A DNA stretch of 64,000 nucleotides from Isurus oxyrinchus (Eukaryota), in assembly GCA_026770705.1 (NCBI GenBank), contig JANJGN010000121.1, forward strand, positions 1,302,001-1,366,000. Reading direction: 5' to 3'. Position numbers and translations under genes: made by a program. Shown one piece after another: positions 36,749 through 50,585 of the stretch. The notes under the pieces were generated by a model that saw nothing but the letters and a program-made list of their open reading frames with translations, was not told the DNA's origin and did not search any database. Each line of letters starts with the position of its first letter. The first letter of the stretch is position 1.

Positions 36749-39700
36749 GTAATATCATCAGCTTGAACAGATTTATGGTTAATAGTCTTTGTAAAAGATC
36801 ATTCTCATTGATCTGTGATTGGGAACTGATTCAGCAGTGAGCCATTGTACAAACTCAAACCAAGTCTCATTCACCCATCACAACTGTGCTCACTGGTATA
36901 CACTGACTCCCTGTCTGACTGCAGAATTGGAGGAGAGCAGAGATCCTGGATGGTTGTAGAGGCTGGAGGAGGTTACATACATAGGCAGGATATTAGCAGC
37001 GAGAGCAGAATCTTAAAATTCAGGTGATGTCGGACATTGGTCATTGAGCAATGGGGATTGATGGGTTGAGTAGAGAAGCAGGGATAAATACTGGGGGATG
37101 TAGTCTATTCTGCTGCAAGGTCTCCGATAGCAATGGTCTGAAATTTGTGTCCTTTGCTGCCTTTATTCAAAATAACCCATGAAGACAACACAGCAGCTCC
37201 TAGAATAGACAAGCTGTTCAGTATCACGCTTCCTGTCCAGTATCACCATGCTAGCAACTTCAATAAGGGAGCAAGATAACTGAAAGAGAAAAGGAAGGTT
37301 AAGCTCTCTCTGTGTAAATGTCTCAAATATTCTGAGTTCTCATGATTGTCTCTGATCTGCTACAGAGTTTAAATTTCACAGAATCTTAGCACTTTGGAGT
37401 TCAGAGAGAGACCATTGACTCACTGCCTGAAAGGGCGGTGGAAACAGATTCAACAGGAACTTTCAGAAGTGGAACTGGGTAAATAGTTGAAGGGGACATT
37501 TTGTTGGGCTGTGGTGGAGAGAGCAGATGTGAGAGTGGGAATAATTGGACAGATCTTTCAAAGCCTCAACTATTCACAATCTACAATGGCGACTTGGATG
37601 AAGAGACTGACTGTACTGTAGACAGATTTTCTGTCTGGTGCAGATAGGTACGAAATATATAAGCTGTGCAGGAAAGCAAGTTGTGAGGAGGGCACAAAGA
37701 GGCTGCAGAGGGAGATAAATAGTTTCAGTGAGTGGATAAAAAAATGAGTGGTTGGCATATAAGGAGGGAAAATGTCAGGGTGTCCAGCTGATCCTATTTG
37801 TTCTGCTCTTATATTCTTATACAGACACAGGGTTTACTGACAGTGCACAGCAAAGTGCTGTTCTCTCACTTTGTTCCAACTTCCTCATTTTGACTCACAG
37901 TGAAATATCAGCTCTTTCTAATTAAATACACAGATGGATCAGCACAGGAAGAGGTCATTCAGCCTTAGCAGAGCGTGTGGGCATGTTCCTCCCCAGGCAA
38001 GCAGTCGGACAGGTCCTGGGTAAGTAACGGAACAATTGGAATTCACTTCAATGACCAGCACCGGGCTTTAGTTGATGTTGGGACTTTATAAAGACAGATT
38101 CCAATGATTGATGCCTTTGAAAGATTTCTACTGATTATTGAGATCTGGGTGTGAGGCTCAAGTCTGTTGTACAGAACATCTTTCTAGCTCAAGGGATGAG
38201 GGAAGTGCAGAGACATGAGCTTTGGGATGTCCTGAGGTGGTGAAAGGTGCTATAGAAATGCAAGTCCTTCCTTGTTTTTCTTTCTTAAAGCCTTGTTACT
38301 CTCTGCAGAGCACCTATCATCGCACATAGAATCAAATTAGTCGGTGAAGCCATTATTTAAAAGCAGATCTGATCTCTCGCCCGCTGTCCCATTCACACCA
38401 AGTCCCATTCACCCATCACCACTGTGCTCACTGGTGTACACTGACTCCCTGTCTGATAGCAGAATTGGAGCAGAGCAGAGATCTTGGAGGGTTGTAGATG
38501 CTGGAGGAGGTTACAGAGTTAGGCAAGATTGTAGCAGCGAGAGCACAATCTTAAAATTCAGGAGCTGTCTGACATTGGTCAGTGAGCAATGGGGATTGAT
38601 GGGTTGAGTAGAGAAGCAGGGATGAATACTGGGGGATGAAGTCTATTCTGCTACAAGGTCTCCGATAGCAATGGTCTGAAATTTGTATCCTTTGCTGCCT
38701 TTATTCAAAATTTCCCATGAAGACAACACAGCAGCTCCTAGAATAGACAGGCTGTTCAGTGTCACACTTCCTGTCCAGTATCACCATGCTAGATACTTCA
38801 ATAAGGGAGCAAGATAACTGAAAGAGAGAAGGAAGGTAAAGCTGTCTGTGTGTAAAACTGTCAAATATTCTGAGTTATCATGAGTGTCTCTGATCTGCTG
38901 CAGAGTTTAAATTTCACAGAATCTGAGCACTTTGCAGCTCAGAGAGAGACCATTGACTCACTGCTTGAAAGGGCGGTGGAAGCAGATTCAACAGGAACTT
39001 TCAGAAGGGGAACTCGATAAATACTTGAAGGGGACATTTTGCAGGGCTTTGGAGGAGAGAGCAGAGGTGAGAGTGGGAATAATTGGACAGATCTTTCAAA
39101 GACTCAACTATTCACAATCTATATTAGTGACTTGGATGAAGGGACTGACTGTACTGTAGACAGATTTTCTGACTGTATGGTGCAGATAGGTACGAAATAT
39201 TTAAGCTGGGCAGGAAAGCAAGTTGTGAGGAGGGCACAAAGAGGCTGGAGAGGCAAATAAATAGTTTCAGTGAGTGGATAAAAAAATGAGTGGTTGGCAT
39301 ATAAAGAGAGAAAATGTCAGGGTGTCCAGCTGATCCTACTTTTTCTGTTCTTATATTCTTATACAGACACAGGGTTTGCTGACAGTGCACAGCTAAGTGC
39401 TGTTCTCTCACTTTGTTCCAACTTCCTCATTTTGACTCACAGTGAAATATCAGCTCTTTCTAATTAAATACACAGATGGATCAACACAGGAAGAGGTCAT
39501 TCAGCCTTAGCAGAGCGTGTGGGCATGTTCCTCCCCAGGCGAGCAGTCGGACAGGTCCTGGGTAAGTAACGGAATGATTGGAATTCACTTCCACCACCAA
39601 CACCGTCCTTTGTTGATGTTGTGACTTTATAAAGACACATTCCAATGATTGATGCCTTTGAAAGATTTCTACTGATTATTGACATCTGGGTGTGAGACTC

Positions 39701-40010
39701 AAGTCTGTTGTACAGAACATCTTTCTAGCTCAAGGGATGAGGGAAGTGCACAGACATGAGCTTTGGGATGTCCTGAGATGGTGAAAGGTGCTATAGAAAT
39801 GAAAGTCCTTCCTTGTTTTTTTTCTTAAAGCCTTGTTACTCTCTGCAGAGCACCTATCATCGCACATAGAATCAAATTAGTCGGTGAAGACATTATTTAA
39901 AAGCAGTTCTGAACTCTCGACTGCTGTCGGACAAGAGGTGAGGTCTCATTAACTCCTTTCTCTTTCAGACCTTGAGAGTGAGAAGCTGATGTAATAGCTG
40001 GGAGTGGACA

Positions 40011-40050
40011 ATGATCGGGAAATCTTACTTCTTCCTGTCACTTCTCCAAG
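40011..40050 (+). CDS. Leader exon, unit 11, MIGKSYFFLSLLQ (intact)
   Basis: Read from sequence. Confidence 0.7.
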
Positions 40051-41758
40051 GTAATATCATCGTCAGCTCAGACAGTTTTATGGTTAATAGTCTTTGTAAA
40101 AGGTCATTCTTATTGATTTGTGATAGGGAACTGATTCAGCAGTGAGCCAGTGTACAAACTCACACCATATCCCATTCACCCATCACCCCTGTGCTCACTG
40201 ATATACACTGACTCCCTGTCTGACAGCAGAATTGGAGGAGAACAGAGGTCTTGGAGGGTTGTAGGGGCTGGAGAAGGTTACAGAGTTGGGCAGGATTGTA
40301 GCGGCGAGATCAGAAGTCGGGCGTTGGCCAGTGAGCGAGGCGGAGTGATAGTTTGAGCAGGAAATCAGGGATGAAAACTGGGGGATGAAGTCTATCCCGA
40401 TGCTAAGACTATGATAGCTATAAGCTGAAATTAGCGTCTGTTGCTGATTTTAGACAGAATTTCCCATGAAGGCAACACAGCAGCTCCTAGAATAGACAGG
40501 CTGTTCAGTGTCACACTTCCTGTCCATTCTCACCTTGCTAGAAACTTCAATAAGGGAGCAAGATAACTGAAAGAGAGAGGGAAGGTAAAGCTGTCTGTGT
40601 GTAAAACTGTCAAATATTCTGAGTTATCATGATTGTTTCTGATCTGCTGCAGAGTTTAAATTTCACAGAATCTGAACACTTTGCAGCTCAGAGAGAGACC
40701 ATTGACTCACTGCCTGAAAGGGCGGTGGAAGCAGATTCAACAGGAACTTTCAGAAGGGGAACTGGATAAATACTTGAAGGGGACATTTTGTAGGGCTGTG
40801 GAAGAGAGAGCAGAGGTGAGATGGGAATAAGTGGACAGATATTTCAAAGCCTCAACTATTCACAATCTACATTAGTAACTTGGATGAAGGGACTGACTGT
40901 ACTGTAGGCAGATTTTCTGACTGTATGGTGCAGATAGGTACGAAATATATAAGCTGGGCAGGAAAGTAAATTGTGAGGAGGACACAAAGAGGCTGCAGAG
41001 GGAGATAAATAGTTTCAGTGGGTGAATAAAAAAATGAGCGGATGGAATATAAGGAATGAAAATGTCAGGGTGTCCAGCTGATCCTATTTGTTCTGTTCTT
41101 ATATTCTTATACAGACACAGGGTTTACTGACAGTGCACAGCAAAGTGCTGTTCTCTCACTTTGTTCCAGCTTCCTCATTTTGTCTCACAGTGACACATTC
41201 ACCCTTTCTAATTAAATACACAGAGGGAGCAGCACAGGAAGAGGTCATTCAGCCCAAGCAGAGCGTGTGGGCAGTTCCTCCCCAGGCGAGCAGTCGGACA
41301 GGTCCTGGGTAAGTAACGGAACGATTGGAATTCACTTCCACCACCAATACCATCCTTTGTTGATGTTGTGACTTTATAAGGACAGATTCCAATGATTGAT
41401 GCCTTTGAAAGATTTCTACTGATTATTGAGATCTGGGTGTGAGGCTCAATTCTGTTGTGCAGAACATCTTTCTAGCTCAATAGATGAGGGAAGTGCAGAG
41501 ACATGAGATTTGGGATGTCCTGAGGTGGTGAAAGGTGCTATAGGAATGCAAGTCCTTCCTTGTTTTTCTTTCTTTAAGCCATATAACTCTCTGTAGAGCA
41601 CCTATCATCCCACAGAGAATCAAATTAGTCTGTGAAGACATTGTCTAAAAGCAGTTCTGATCTCTCGAGTGCTGTCGGACAAGAGGTGAGGTCTCATTAA
41701 CTCATTTCTCTTTCAGAGCTTGAGAGTGAGAAGCTTATGAAATATCTGGGAGTGGACA

Positions 41759-41798
41759 ATGATTGGGAAATCTTACTTCCTCCTGTCACTTCTCCAAG
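41759..41798 (+). CDS. Leader exon, unit 12, MIGKSYFLLSLLQ (intact)
   Basis: Read from sequence. Confidence 0.7.
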
Positions 41799-43518
41799 GT
41801 AATATCTTCAGCTCTGACAGATTTATGGGTAATAGTCTTTGTAAAAGAGCATTCTTATTGATCTGTGATTGGGAACCGATTCAGCAGTGACACGGTCTAC
41901 AAACTCACACCAAGTCCCAATCACCGAACAGCCCTGTGCTCACTTATATACACTGACTTCTTGTACGACAGCAGAATTGGAGGAGAGCAGAGGTCTTGGG
42001 TGGTTGTAGAGTCTGGTGGAGGTTACAGAGTTAGACAGGTTTGTAGAAGCTAGAGCAGAATCTTAAAATTCAGTAGCTGTCGGACCTTTGTCAGTGAGCA
42101 ATGGGGATTGAAGGGTCGAGTAGAGAAGCAGGGATAAATAATGGGGGATGAAGTCCATCCTAATGTGAGGTCTCCGATATCAATGGCCTGAAATATGTGC
42201 CCGTTGCTGCCTTTATTCGAAATTGCCCATTAAGACAACACAGCAGCTCCTAGAATAGACAGGCTGTTCAGTGTCACACTTCCTGTCCATTCTCACCATG
42301 CTAGATACTTCAATAAGGGAGCAAGATAACTGAAAGAGACAGGAAGGCAAAGCTGTCTGTGTGTAAAACTGTCAAATATTCTGAGTTCTCATGAGCGTCT
42401 CTGATCTGCTGCAGAGTTTAAATTTCACAGAATCTTAGCACTTTGCAGCTCAGAGAGAGACCTTTGACTCACTGCCTGAAAGGGCGGTGGAAGCAGATTC
42501 AACAGGAACTTTCAGAAGGGGAACTGGATAAATACTTGAAGGGGACATTTTGCAGGGCTGTGGGGGAGAGAGCAGAGGTGAGAGTGGGAATAATTGGACA
42601 GATCTTTCAAAGCCTCAACTATTCACAATCTACATTAGTGACTTGGATGAAGAGACTGATTGTACTGTAGGCAGATTTTCTGACTGTGTGGTGAAGATAG
42701 GTAGGAAATATGTAAGCTGGGCAGGAAAGCAAGTTGTGAGGAGGGCACAAAGAGGCGGTAGAGGGAGACAAATAGTTTTAGTGGGTGGACAAAAAAATGA
42801 ATGGTTGGCATATAAGGGGGGAAATGTCAGGGTGTCCAGCTGATCCTACTTGTTCTGCTCTTATATTCTCATACAGACACAGGGTTTACTGACAGTGCAC
42901 AGCAAAGTGCTGTTCTCTCACTTTGTTCCAACTTCCTCATTTTGTCTCACATTGATACATCAGCTCTTTCTAATTAAATACACAGAGGGAGCAGCACAGG
43001 AAGAGGTCATTCAGCCCAAGCAGAGCGTGTGGGCAGTTCCTCCCCAGGCGAGCAGTCGGACAGGTCCTGGGTAAGTAACGGAATGATTGGAATTCACTTC
43101 CACGACCAACACCGTCCTTTTTGATGTTGTGACTTTATAAAGACAGATTCCAATGATTGATGCCGTTGAAAGATTTCTACTGATTATTGAGATCTGGGTG
43201 TGAGACTCAAGTCTGTTGTACAGAACATCTTTCTAGCTCAAGGGATGAGACAAGTGCAGAGACATGAGATTTGGGATGTCCTAGATGGTGAAGAGCACTA
43301 TTGAAATGCAAGTCCTTCCTTGCTTTTCTTTCTTAAAGCCTTGTAGCTCACTGCAGAGCACCTATCATCCCGCAGAGAACCAAATTAGTCTATGAAGACA
43401 TTGTCTAAAAGCAGTTCTGATCTCTCGAGAGCTGTCGGACAAGAGGTGAGGTCTCATTAAATCCATTTTCTTTCAGAGCTTGAGAGTGAGAAACTGATGA
43501 AATATCTGGGAGTGGACA

Positions 43519-43558
43519 ATGATCGGGAAATCTTACTTCGTCCTGTCGCTTCTCCAAG
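43519..43558 (+). CDS. Leader exon, unit 13, MIGKSYFVLSLLQ (intact)
   Basis: Read from sequence. Confidence 0.7.
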
Positions 43559-45279
43559 GTAATATCATCAGCTTGAACAGATTTATGGTTAATAGTCTTT
43601 GTAAAAGATCATTCTCATTGATCTGTGATTGGGAACTGATTCAGCAGTGAGCCATTGTACAAACTCAAACCAAGTCTCATTCACCCATCAGCCCTGTGCT
43701 CACTGGTATACACTGACTCCCTGTCTGACTGCAGAATTGGAGGAGAGCAGAGATCCAGGATGGTTGTAGAGGCTGGAGGAGGTTACATACATAGGCAGGA
43801 TAGTAGCAGCGAGAGCAAAATCTCCAAATTAAGGTGATGTCGGACATTGGTCATTGAGCAATGGGGATTGATGGGTTGAGTAGAGAAGCAGGGATAAATA
43901 CTGGGGGATGTAGTCTATTCTGCTGCAAGGTCTCCGATAGCAATGGTCTGAAATTTGTGTCCTTTGCTGCCTTTATTCAAAATATCCCATGAAGACAACA
44001 CAGCAGCTCCTAGAATAGACAGGCTGTTCAGTATCACGCTTCCTGTCCAGTATCACCATGCTAGATACTTCAATAAGGGAGAAGATAACTGAAAGAGAGA
44101 AGGAAGGTTAAGCTCTCTCTGTGTAAATGTCTCAAATATTCTGAGTTCTCATGATTGTCTCTGATCTGCTACAGAGTTTAAATTTCACAGAATCTTAGCA
44201 CTTTGGAGTTCAGAGAGAGACCATTGACTCACTGCCTGAAAGGGTGGTGGAAACAGATTCAACAGGAACTTTCAGAAGGGGAACTGGGTAAATAGTTGAA
44301 GGGGACATTTTGTTGGGCTGTGGTGGAGAGAGCAGATGTGAGAGTGGGAATAATTGGACAGATCTTTCAAAGCCTCAACTATTCACAAACTACAATGGCG
44401 ACTTGGATGAAGAGACTGACTGTACTGTAGACAGATTTTCTGTCTGGTGCAGATAGGTACGAAATATATAAGCTGTGCAGGAAAGCAAGTTGTGAGGAGG
44501 GCACAAAGAGGCTGGAGAGGCAGATAAATAGTTTCAGTGAGTGGATAAAAAAATGAGTGGTTGGCATATAAGGAGGGAAAATGTCAGGGTGTCCAGCTGA
44601 TCCTACTTGTTCTGCTCTTATATTCTTATACAGACACAAGGTTTACTGACAGTGCACAGCAAAGTGCTGTTCTCTCACTTTGTTCCAACTTCCTCATTTT
44701 GTCTCACAGTGAAATATCAGCTCTTTCTAATTAAATACACAGAGGGAGCAGCACAGGAAGAGGTCATTCAGCCTTAGCAGAGCGTGTGGGCATGTTCCTC
44801 CCCAGGCGAGCAGTCGGACAGGTCCTGGGTAAGTAACAGAACAATTGGAATTCACTTCAATGACCAGCACCGGGCTTTAGTTGATGTTGTGACTTTATAA
44901 AGACAGATTCCAATGATTGATGCCTTTGAAAGATTTCTACTGATTATTGAGATCTGGGTGTGAGACTCAAGTCTGTTGTACAGAACATCTTTCTAGCTCA
45001 AGGGATGAGGGAAGTGCAGAGACATGAGCTTTGGGACGTCTTGAGGTGGTGAAAGGTGCCATAGAAATGAAAGTCCTTCCTTGTTTTTCTTTCTTAAAGC
45101 CTTGTTACTCTCTGCAGAGCACCTATCATCGCACATAGAATCAAATTAGTCGGTGAAGACATTATTTAAAAGCAGTTCTGATCTCTCGACCGCTGTCGGA
45201 CAAGACGTGAGGTCTCATTAACTCCTTTCTCTTTCAGACCTTGAGAGTGAGAAGCTGATGTAATATCTGGGAGTGGACA

Positions 45280-45319
45280 ATGATCGGGAAATCTTACTTC
45301 TTCCTGTGACTTCTTCAAG
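45280..45319 (+). pseudogene. Leader exon, unit 14, nonsense TCA>TGA at 45307-45309
   Basis: TTC CTG TGA. Confidence 0.7.
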
Positions 45320-47023
45320 GTAATATCATCGTCAGCTCAGACAGTTTTATGGTGAATAGTCTTTGTAAAAGGTCATTCTTATTGATTTGTGATAGGGAAC
45401 TGATTCAGCAGTGAGCCAGTGTACAAACTCACACCATATCCCATTCACCCATCACCCCTGTGCTCACTGACGTACACTGACTCCCTGTCTGACAGCAGAA
45501 TTGGAGGAGAGCAGAGGTCTTGGAGGGTTGTAGGTGCTGGAGAAGGTTACAGAGTTGGGCAGGATTGTAGCGGCGAGATCAGATGTCGGCGTTGGCCAGT
45601 GAGCGAGGCGGAGTGATGTTTTGAGCAGGAAATCAGGGATGAAAACTGGGGGATGAAGTCTATCCCGATGCTAGGACTATGATAGCTATAACCTGAAATT
45701 TGTATCCTTTGCTGATTTTAGTTAGAATTTCCCATGAAGACAACACAGCAGTTCCTAGAATAGACAGGCTGTTCAGTGTCACACTTCCTGTCCATTCTCA
45801 CCATGCTAGAAACTTTGATAAGGGGCAAGATAACTGAAAGAGAGAAGGGAGGCAAAGCTGTCTGTGTGTACAACTGTCAAATATTCTGAGTTCTCATGAG
45901 CGTCTCTGATCTGCTGCAGAGTTTAAATTTCACAGAATCTGAGCTCTTTGCAGCTCAGAGAGAGACCATTGACTCACTGCCTGAAAGGGCGGTGGAAGCA
46001 GATTCAACAGGAACTTTCAGAAGGGGAACTGGATAAATACTTGAAGGGGACATTTTGTAGGGCTGTGGAGGAGAGAGCAGAGGTGAGATGGGAATAAGTG
46101 GACAGATATTTCATAGCCTCAACTATTCACAATCTATATTAGTAACTTGGATGAAGGGACTGACTGGACTGTAGGCAGATTTTCTGACTGTATGGTGCAG
46201 ATAGGTACGAAATATATAAGCTGGGCAGGAAAGCAAGTTGTGAGGAGGGCACAAAGAGGCTGCAGAGGGAGATAAATAGTTTCAGTGGGTGAATAAAAAA
46301 ATGAGTGGATGGAATATATGGAATGCAAATATCAGGGTGTCCAGCTGATTCTACTTGTTCTGTTCTTATATTCTTATACAGACACAGGGTTTACTGACAG
46401 TGCACAGCAAAGTGCTGTTCACTCACTTTGTTCCAACTTCCTCATTTTGTCTCACAGTGACGCATCAGCTCTTTCTAATTAAATACACAGAGGGAGCAGC
46501 ACAGGAAGAGGTCATTCAGCCCAAGCAGAGCGTGTGGGCAGTTCCTCCCCAGGCGAGCAGTCGGACAGGTCCTGGGTAAGTAACAGAACGATTCGAATTC
46601 ACTTCCACGACCAACACCGTCCTTTGTTGATGTTGTGACTTTATAAACACAGATTCCAATGATTGATGCCTTTGAAAGATTTCTACTGATTATTGAGATC
46701 TGTGTGTGAGGTTCAGGTCTGTTGTACAGAATATCTTTCTAGCTCAAGGGATGAGGGAAGTGCAGAGACATGAAATTTGGGATGTCGTAGATGGTGAAAG
46801 GCGCTATGGAAATGCATACCTTCCTTGTTTTTCTTTCTTAAAGCCTTGTAACTCTCTGCAGAGCACCTATCATCCCACAGGGAACCAAATTAGTCTGTGA
46901 AGACATTGTCTAAAAGCAGTACTGATCTCTTGAGAGCTGTCAGACAAGAGGTGAGGTCTCATTAAATCCTTTTTCTTTCAGAGCTTGAGAGTGAGAAACT
47001 GATGAAATATCTGGGAGTGGACA

Positions 47024-47063
47024 ATGATCGGGAAATCTTACTTCCTCCTGTCACTTCTCCAAG
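47024..47063 (+). CDS. Leader exon, unit 15, MIGKSYFLLSLLQ (intact)
   Basis: Read from sequence. Confidence 0.7.
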
Positions 47064-48782
47064 GTAATATCGTCAGCTCGAACAGATTTATGGTTAATAG
47101 TCTTTGTAAAAGATCATTCTCATTGAGCTGTGATTGGGAACTGATTCAGCAGTGAGCCAGTGTACAAACTCACACCAAGTCCCATTCACCCATCACCACT
47201 GTGCTCACTGGTATACACTGACTCCCTGTCTGATAGCAGAATTGGAGGACAGCAGAAGTCTTGGATGCTTGTAGATGCTGGAGGAGGTTACAGAGTTAGG
47301 CAGGATTGTAGCAGCGAGAGCAGAACCTTAAAATTCAGGTGATGTCGGACGTTAGACAGTGACCAATGGGGATTGATGGGATGAGTAGAGAAGCAGGGAG
47401 AAATACTGGGGTATGAAGTCTATCCTGTTGCGAGGTCTCCGATAGCAATGGTCTGAAATTTGTTTCCTTTGCTGCCTTTATTCAAAATTTCCCATGTAGA
47501 CAACACAGCAGCTCCTCGAATAGACAGGTTGTTCAGCATTGCACTTCCTGTCCATTCTCACCATGCTAGATACTTCAATAAGGGAGCAAGATAACTGAAA
47601 GAGAAAAGGAAGGCTAAGCTCTCTCTGTGTAAATGTCTCAAATATTCTGAGTTAACCTGAGTGTCTGATCCGCTGCAGAGTATAAATTTCACAGAATCTT
47701 AGCACTTTGCAGCTCAGAGAGAGACCATTGACTCACTGCCTGAAAGGGCGGTGGAAGCTGATTCAGCAGGAACTTTCAGAAGGGGAATTGGGTAAATACT
47801 TGAAGGGGACATTTTGTAGGGCTGTGGAGGAGAGAGAAGAGGTGAGATGGGAATAAGTGGACAGATATTTCATAGCCTCAACTATTCACAATCTATATTA
47901 GTAACTTGGATGAAGGGACTGACTGGACTGTAGGCAGATTTTCTGACTGTATGGTGCAGATAGGTACGAAATATATAAGCTGGGCAGGAAAGCAAGTTGT
48001 AAGGAGGACACAAAGAGGCTGCAGAGGGAGATAAATAGTTTCAGTGAGTGAATAAAAAAATGAGTGGATGGAATATATGGAATGCAAATATCAGGGTGTC
48101 CAGCTGATCCTATTTGCTCTGTTCTTATATTCCTATACAGACACAGGGTTTACTGACAGTGCACAGCAAAGTGCTGTTCTCTCACTTTGTTCCAACTTCC
48201 TCATTTTGTCTCACAGTGACACATCAACCCTTTCTAATTAAACACACAGAGGGAGCAGCACAGGAAGAGGTCATTCAGCCCAAGCAGAGCGTGTGGGCAG
48301 TTCCTCCCCAGGCGAGCAGTCGGACAGGTCCTGGGTAAGTAACAGAATGATTCGAATTCACTTCCACGACCAACACCGTCCTTTGTTGATGTTGTGACTT
48401 TATAAAGAGAGATTCCAATGATTGATGCCTTTGAAAGATTTCTACTGATTATTGAGATCTGTGTGTGAGGTTCAGGTCTGTTGTACAGAACATCTTTCTA
48501 GCTCAAGGGATGAGGGAAGTGCAGAGACATGAGATTTGGGATGTCGTAGATGGTGAAAGGCGCTATGGAAATGCATACCTTCCTTGTTTTTCTTTCTTAA
48601 AGCCTTGTAACTCTCTGCAGAGCACCTATCATCCCACAGAGAACCAAATTAGTCTGTGAAGACATTGTCTAAAAGCAGTACTGATCTCTTGAGAGCTGTC
48701 AGACAAGAGGTGAGGTCTCATTAAATCCTTTTTCTTTCAGAGCTTGAGAGTGAGAAACTGATGAAATATCTGGGAGTGGACA

Positions 48783-48822
48783 ATGATCGGGAAATCTTAC
48801 TTCCTCCTGTCACTTCTCCAAG
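48783..48822 (+). CDS. Leader exon, unit 16, MIGKSYFLLSLLQ (intact)
   Basis: Read from sequence. Confidence 0.7.
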
Positions 48823-50545
48823 GTAATATCGTCAGCTCGAACAGATTTATGGTTAATAGTCTTTGTAAAAGATCATTCCCATTGAGCTGTGATTGGGAAC
48901 TGATTCAGCAGTGAGCCAGTGTACAAACTCACACCAAGTCCCATTCACCCATCACAACTGTGCTCACTGGTATACACTGACTCCCTGTCTGATAGCAGAA
49001 TTGGAGGACAGCAGGAGTCTTGGATGCTTGTAGATGCTGGAGGAGGTTACAGAGTTAGGCAGGATTGTAGCAGCGAGAGCAGAACCTTAAAATTCAGGTG
49101 ATGTCGGACGTTAGACAGTGAGCAATGGGGATTGATGGGGTGAGTAGAGAAGCATGGATAAATAGTGGGGGATGAAGTCTATTCTGCTGCAAGGTCTCCG
49201 ATAGCAATGGTCTGAAATTTGTGTCCTTTGCTGCCTTTATTCAAAATTTCCCATGTAGACAACACAGCAGCTCCTCGAATAGACAGGCTGTTCAGTGTCA
49301 CACTTCCTGTCCATTCTCACCTTGCTAGATACTTCAATAAGGGAGCAAGATAACTGAAGAGAGAAGGGAGGCAAAGCTGTCTGTGTGTACAACTGTCAAA
49401 TATTCTGAGTTATCATGAGTGTATCTGATCTGCTGCAGAGTTTAAATTTCACAGAATCTTAGCACTTTGCAGCTCAGAGAGAGACCATTGACTCACTGCC
49501 TGAAAGGGCGGTGGAAGCAGATTCAACAGGAACTTTCAGAAGGGGAACTGGATAAATACGTGAAGGGGACATTTTGTAGGGCTGTGGAGGAGAGAGCAGA
49601 GGTGAGAGTGGGACTAATTAGACAGAAATTTCAAAGACTCAACTATTCACAATCAACATTCGTGACTTGGATGAAGGGACTGACTGTACTGTAGGCAGAT
49701 TTTCTGACTGTATGGTGCAGATAGGTACGAAATATATAAGCTGGGCAGTAAAGTAAATTGTGAGGAGGACACAAAGAGGCTGCAGAGGGAGATAAATAGT
49801 TTCCGTGAGTGGATAAAAAAATGAGTGGATGGAATATAAGGAATGAAAATGTCAGGGTGTCCAGCTGATCCTACTTGTTCTGTTCTTATATTCTTATACA
49901 GACACAGGGTTTACTGACAGTGCACAGCAAAGTGCTGTTCTCCCACTTTGTTCCAACTTCCTCATTTTGACTCAGAGTGGCACATCAGCTCTTTCTAAAT
50001 AAACACACAGAGGGAGCAGCACAGGAAGAGGTCATTCAGCCCAAGCAGAGCGTGTGGGCAGTTCCTCCCCAGGCGAGCAGTCGGACAGGTCCTGGGTAAG
50101 TAACGGAACGATTGGAATTCACTTCCACAACCAATACCGTCCTTTGTTGATGTTGTGACTTTATAAGGACAGATTCCAATGATTGATGCCTTTGAAAGAT
50201 TTCTACTGATTATTGAGATCTGGGTGTGAGGCTCAAGTCTGTTGTACAGAACATCTTTCTAGCTCAATAGATGAGGGAAGTGCAGAGACATGAGATTTGG
50301 GATGTCCTGAGGTGGTGAAAGGTGCTATAGGAATGCAAGTCCTTCCTTGTTTTTCTTTCTTTAAGCCATATAACTCTCTATAGAGCACCTATCATCCCAC
50401 AGAGAATCAAATTAGTCTGTGAAGACATTGTCTAAAAGCAGTTCTGATCTCTCGAGTGCTGTCGGACAAGAGGTGAGGTCTCATTAACTCATTTCTCTTT
50501 CACAGCTTGAGAGTGAAAACCTGATGGAATATCTGGGAGTGGACA

Positions 50546-50585
50546 ATGATTGGGAAATCTTACTTCCTCCTGTCACTTCTCCAAG
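50546..50585 (+). pseudogene. Leader exon, unit 17, donor lost (GT>AT)
   Basis: CCAAG|ATAAT. Confidence 0.7.
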
